DNA of 64,000 nucleotides from an uncultured Saprospiraceae bacterium (GTDB taxonomy: Bacteria; Bacteroidota; Bacteroidia; Chitinophagales; Saprospiraceae). Location of the stretch: positions 2,524 to 66,523 of the forward strand of contig CALEAC010000027.1 in NCBI GenBank assembly GCA_937944095.1, in the 5' to 3' direction. Of this stretch, positions 60,185 through 64,000 are shown piece after piece. The position numbers were made by a program, and so were the translations under genes. Within the stretch, counting starts at the first letter, position 1; each line of letters opens with the position of its first letter. A model generated the notes under the pieces. That model was not told where the DNA came from and searched no databases. It worked only from the letters and a program-made list of their open reading frames with translations.

Positions 60185-60886
60185 TTACTTCTCAGCAGTC
60201 AATTTTGTTCGAGAGAAGGTTAGTCTCCTTATTGCTGTGATATTAGCTCCTATTGCTAAAATGAAGACAGGCCAACTGAAAAACGATATCGTCTCAAATA
60301 AGGGCTGATCTAACCAAGCTACTTTATACTCATAACCACCACCTATCTGGCTAGAAATCACTGCTGTCACCAAACTAGAAATCGCAATAAGTAGGATTCG
60401 TTCGGGCCGTTGCATGATACCGACGCTAGCGGTTACACCTAAGCCTTCTGCACGAGCTCTGGTATAACTGACCATAATCGACCCAATCATCGCTATAAAA
60501 CAAAAGATGGAGGTCATGAGATAGTCCTGCGTAACTGTATAATAACAGAAGCCAAAGAACATGATTAATTCGCTGTATCTGTCAAGTACTGAATCGTAAA
60601 GCGCACCGAATGGATGGGCCGTGCCACTGAGCCTAGCTAGACGACCGTCTACCATATCCATCGCACCTGCAATGAGTATAATAAGGCCAGCATAGCCTAA
60701 GTACTGGTGGTTATTCCGATCACCGACTTCGGCGCCATAGATGAGTAAGACTGTCGAAAGGACATTCAGTAAAAGTCCAAATGAGGTCACCATATTTGGT
60801 GTGATACCTAGTTTCATGAGGACTTTGATAAAAGGGTCCATTAGAGTGTAGGCAAACTGTTGGAGGTTCTCTTTGACTGTGTACAA
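60185..60886 (-). CDS. CDP-alcohol phosphatidyltransferase (candidate phosphatidylinositol-phosphate synthase)
   Basis: DMVDGRLARLSGTAHPFGALYDSVLD fits D-x2-D-G-x2-A-R-x8-G-x3-D-x3-D exactly. The protein is multi-TM. The track start is TTG 60886; an in-frame ATG at 60841 is the alternative. Confidence 0.85.
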   Translation of the reverse strand: MYTVKENLQQFAYTLMDPFIKVLMKLGITPNMVTSFGLLLNVLSTVLLIYGAEVGDRNNHQYLGYAGLIILIAGAMDMVDGRLARLSGTAHPFGALYDSVLDRYSELIMFFGFCYYTVTQDYLMTSIFCFIAMIGSIMVSYTRARAEGLGVTASVGIMQRPERILLIAISSLVTAVISSQIGGGYEYKVAWLDQPLFETISFFSWPVFILAIGANITAIRRLTFSRTKLTAEK

Positions 60887-60911
60887 GTGGATCAGACAAT
60901 TGGTTCAGCCT

Positions 60912-60919
60912 CAAAGCTA
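60912..60919 (-). promoter_or_regulatory. candidate -7 box (TAGCTTTG) upstream of the ten-gene lipid operon
   Basis: Plus-strand caaagcta equals minus-strand TAGCTTTG, a TAnnTTTG match, 25 nt upstream of the TTG start. I saw no clear -33 TTG. Confidence 0.35.
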
Positions 60920-61030
60920 GTAATTCCAGCTGTTTGTCAGTGATATAACGCAGGTATATCTATAAACTTCAATGGCTCTGAGTTACTAAGGGTCTATTAA
61001 TTTCCTTTATTTTGTTAAAAATCAAGGAAT

Positions 61031-62083
61031 ATGCCCAATTCGAAAATAGGGGGCCTCGGTTACTATGTGCCTTCTAATGTATACACGAACCATGATCTGA
61101 CCCAATACATGGATACATCTGATGAGTGGATACAAGAGCGTACTGGTATTGTAGAGAGGCGCTATGCAACAAAGCATAAGGAGACGCCGACGACCATGGG
61201 TGCTGCAGCTGCTCGTATTGCCATAGAACGTGCTGGCATCACTAAGGAGGAGGTCGACTTTATCATCTTTGCGACTCTGAGTCCTGATTATTTTTTTCCA
61301 GGCTGTGGTGTGCTATTACAACGAGAATTAGATATCACTAAGACAGAGATAGGTGCTCTAGATATTAGAAATCAATGTTCTGGATTTATCTATGGTCTTT
61401 CTGTAGCGGACCAATTCATTAAGTCAGGTATGTATAACAATATCCTATTAGTAGGTGCTGAGATGCATTCGATGGGCTTAGATTACTCCACTGCTGGACG
61501 GAATGTGAGTGTGATATTTGGTGATGGAGCTGGTGCTGTCTTGTTGCAAGCGACTGATAAGGAAGAGGGCATCCTCACCACACATCTCCACTCTGATGGG
61601 ACCTATGCAGAGGAGTTGGCCATGATTAACTTTGGTTCTCATGGTGGATATCATGATGATAAAGATTATGGATTCTCGGTAACTGATAAGCCAGGTGGTA
61701 CCTTTGTCACAACTAAGATGGTCGAAGATGGTGCTTATCCGCAAATGAATGGACAGTTGGTATTTAAAAAAGCAATCGTCAAGTTTGTGGAGGTTATCAA
61801 TGAAGCACTAACAAAAACGGGCTTGGAAAAATCAGATATAGATATGTTAATTCCTCATCAAGCCAATCTAAGGATTAGTCAATTTGTGCAGAAGTCTATG
61901 GGTCTATCTGACGATCAGGTCTATAATAACATTCAGAAATATGGAAACACGACAGCCGCATCTATACCGATTGCTCTATGCGAGGCCTGGGAGGCAGGGA
62001 AGATTAACTCAGGCGATTTGGTTTGTCTTGCTGCCTTTGGTAGTGGATTCACATGGGGAAGTACACTTATAAGATGGGCATGA
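61031..62083 (+). CDS. fabH: 3-oxoacyl-ACP synthase III
   Basis: 350 aa. Catalytic Cys NQCSGFIYGL, His IPHQANLRI, and Asn YGNTTAASIP. Confidence 0.92.
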   Translation: MPNSKIGGLGYYVPSNVYTNHDLTQYMDTSDEWIQERTGIVERRYATKHKETPTTMGAAAARIAIERAGITKEEVDFIIFATLSPDYFFPGCGVLLQRELDITKTEIGALDIRNQCSGFIYGLSVADQFIKSGMYNNILLVGAEMHSMGLDYSTAGRNVSVIFGDGAGAVLLQATDKEEGILTTHLHSDGTYAEELAMINFGSHGGYHDDKDYGFSVTDKPGGTFVTTKMVEDGAYPQMNGQLVFKKAIVKFVEVINEALTKTGLEKSDIDMLIPHQANLRISQFVQKSMGLSDDQVYNNIQKYGNTTAASIPIALCEAWEAGKINSGDLVCLAAFGSGFTWGSTLIRWA

Positions 62084-62799
62084 TGAAATTAGATGTAATG
62101 GCAATAGGTGTCCATCCTGATGACGTCGAATTAGGCTGTGGTGGTACAATGCTCAAATTAGTGGCTCAAGGCTATAAAGTAGGTATCGTGGATCTGACTA
62201 AAGGGGAGCTCGGGACCAGAGGGACGGCCCAGACACGTCAGAAAGAAGCAACGAAAGCCCAGAAATACGCTGGTGCAGTCGTCAGAAAGAATCTAGGCAT
62301 GGCCGATGGATTCTTTGAGAATAACGAAAAAAACAGATTGAAGTTGATCAAAGTGATTCGTGATTATCAGCCCGATATCATCCTCGCTAATGCAATCACT
62401 GATAGACATCCGGATCATGGTCGAGCAGCCCAGTTAATCTATGATGCCTGTTTCCTAGCAGGCTTAATTAAGATCAAAACGACCTCGAAGCGCAAGAATC
62501 AAGCAAAGTGGAGACCTCGTAAATTGATGAATTACATCCAAGACCATCATCAGAAGCCAGATATCGTTGTGGATATTTCTGACTTCATGGAGAGGAAGAT
62601 AGAGCTCGTCCAGTGTTTTGATACTCAGTTCTATAAAGCTTCGGCCAAAGGACCTCAGACGCCTATTTCCTCCAAGTCCTTTCTAGATGGTCTTCGCGGC
62701 AGGGCACTAGATTACGGTCGCCGTATAGGTGTCGCATATGGAGAAGGATATACTTGCAAGGAATATATCGGTGTCGACGACATCATGAGTGTACTGTAG
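62080..62799 (+). CDS. bshB1: bacillithiol biosynthesis deacetylase BshB1 (PIG-L family)
   Basis: MMKLDVMAIGVHPDDVELGCGGTMLKL...DLTKGELGTRG. The start is among ATGs at 62074/62080/62083, overlapping the fabH stop. The track's 62053 start is less likely. Confidence 0.85.
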   Translation: MMKLDVMAIGVHPDDVELGCGGTMLKLVAQGYKVGIVDLTKGELGTRGTAQTRQKEATKAQKYAGAVVRKNLGMADGFFENNEKNRLKLIKVIRDYQPDIILANAITDRHPDHGRAAQLIYDACFLAGLIKIKTTSKRKNQAKWRPRKLMNYIQDHHQKPDIVVDISDFMERKIELVQCFDTQFYKASAKGPQTPISSKSFLDGLRGRALDYGRRIGVAYGEGYTCKEYIGVDDIMSVL

Positions 62800-62830
62800 T
62801 CTTAGTCACAGCCAATATAACGTGAGCGTC

Positions 62831-63157
62831 TTATTTGTTTTCTAGCTTATTCACATAATCTAGATTGCCTAATCGGAACCGGACTTGTATAGGAGTTGTC
62901 ATGTCCATCTGATTATCCATCTTACAGAACATGCCTAATTCTTGATGATAGTACTGGAGATAATTATCTCTATAGAGTATAGAGGTGCTTAACTTGTCTA
63001 GCTTGGGAATAAACTTTAGAGTTGCAGTATTTAGTTTGATTTCGGAGGGTGTAGCGAGTATAGTTGATCCAGTAGCTTGCCCAGCTAATACAATAGGACA
63101 GATGCAGCTACTTATCAGTAGGATCTGGTACCACCACATTTTTTTTGCTGCCTTCAT
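62831..63157 (-). CDS. hypothetical small secreted protein
   Basis: 108 aa with a signal-peptide-like WWYQILLISSCICPIVLAG. I recognise no family. It overlaps the 3' end of the upstream methyltransferase gene. Confidence 0.4.
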   Translation of the reverse strand: MKAAKKMWWYQILLISSCICPIVLAGQATGSTILATPSEIKLNTATLKFIPKLDKLSTSILYRDNYLQYYHQELGMFCKMDNQMDMTTPIQVRFRLGNLDYVNKLENK

Positions 63158-64000
63158 AGATATTAAAGTTAACTAATTTACTCTTGATGCCACCATTATC
63201 TAGGTTTATTGATTGGTCTGGGCTAAGACCAAAGCTGGCTTGGACAGTTGGGTCAGGATGAATCATCCAAGCTGAGCATTCCTGCCAATTACTCTTTAGC
63301 CTGTCTCCGATAGCTAGGTATAGTTCATTGAGATTCTCTACTCTGATACGTTTGTCATAGGGTGGGTTAATAAATACTTTGCCTGGTGTAGTTGGTTCTA
63401 GTTTGAAGAAATCTTTTTTCTGTATCTGGATGCGAGACTTGTAAGTTAACTTTTGGAGATTCTTCTTGAGGTCTCTTACAGCAAAGGCATTAAGATCGCT
63501 CGAAAAAATCTCACACTCGGGCTTACGAATCTGAGCCTCTGCGGTTTGCTTTATTTTCTTCCAGATTTCAATATGGAATTCTGGCCATTTCTCAAAACCG
63601 AATTTGTAGACGAATTTGCCAGACGGGATATTGGCCGCTATCATCAGCGCTTCCGTTGTAAAGGTCCCAGACCCACACATTGGGTCATAGAGTGGTGATT
63701 CTCCTTTCCATTTTGAGTGGGCTAGAATGCCAGCTGCTAGGACTTCATTAAGAGGCGCTAAGAAGGGCCTGTATTTATAGTTCCTAAGGTGAAGAGATTG
63801 TCCAGAGCTATCTAGTGCGACAGATAATTTGTTTTTAGAAAGATGGATATTGATGCGGATGTCAGGATTATCTGTATCGACATCGGGTCTGAACCCTCTG
63901 GATTCTTCGAGTCTATCGACGATGGCATCCTTTGCCCTATAGGTTGCAAATCGACTGTTAGAAAATATATCACCAAAAATTGTTGTGTCGACTGCGATTG
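63108..64000 (-). CDS. THUMP-associated class I SAM-dependent RNA methyltransferase (5' end beyond window end)
   Basis: Hand translation shows the frame stays open upstream of the track's internal Met: ...HLRNYKYRPFLAPLNEVLAAGILAHSKWKGESPLYDPMCGSGTF (motif I). FINPPYDKR is motif IV. Confidence 0.8.
   Translation of the reverse strand, partial: IAVDTTIFGDIFSNSRFATYRAKDAIVDRLEESRGFRPDVDTDNPDIRINIHLSKNKLSVALDSSGQSLHLRNYKYRPFLAPLNEVLAAGILAHSKWKGESPLYDPMCGSGTFTTEALMIAANIPSGKFVYKFGFEKWPEFHIEIWKKIKQTAEAQIRKPECEIFSSDLNAFAVRDLKKNLQKLTYKSRIQIQKKDFFKLEPTTPGKVFINPPYDKRIRVENLNELYLAIGDRLKSNWQECSAWMIHPDPTVQASFGLSPDQSINLDNGGIKSKLVNFNIYEGSKKNVVVPDPTDK

Overview
This is a 64-kb, AT-rich, densely coding chromosomal segment that reads as Bacteroidota. 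The markers are type IX secretion (T9SS) C-terminal sorting domains of both type A and type B, a PorP/SprF gene, a parA-parB-DUF5683 arrangement, a 289-aa primary sigma factor, TAnnTTTG -7 promoter boxes and bshB1. I call about 60 protein genes plus one tRNA-Lys(UUU). I saw no rRNA, CRISPR array, transposase, integrase or phage gene, so it looks like core chromosome rather than a mobile island. Housekeeping genes include fmt, parAB, lipB, queA, infC-rpmI-rplT, clpC, rnz, hutI, glpX, rpoD, tsaC, rplS, fabH and bshB1. Accessory-looking content includes several Cys-rich T9SS cargo proteins, notably a 1407-aa HYR / tandem C-type-lectin / GEVED adhesin. It also includes thioredoxin-fold proteins with unusual fusions (dockerin-like, LamG plus Omp28-like) and an NlpC/P60 homologue whose catalytic Cys is replaced by Asn. 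The most system-like feature is a ten-gene, tightly packed minus-strand block (52128-60886). It joins a serine-palmitoyltransferase / GNAT-like acyltransferase / SDR ceramide trio to myo-inositol-phosphate synthase, a PgpA-type phosphatase, a CDP-alcohol phosphatidyltransferase, an AUR1/PAP2-like putative inositol-phosphoceramide synthase, a 173-aa unknown protein and a GtrA+GT2 tail. This is a candidate single-operon (glycosyl)inositol-phosphoceramide pathway. All functional calls come from motif recognition by eye on the supplied translations and hand translation; no database search was run.
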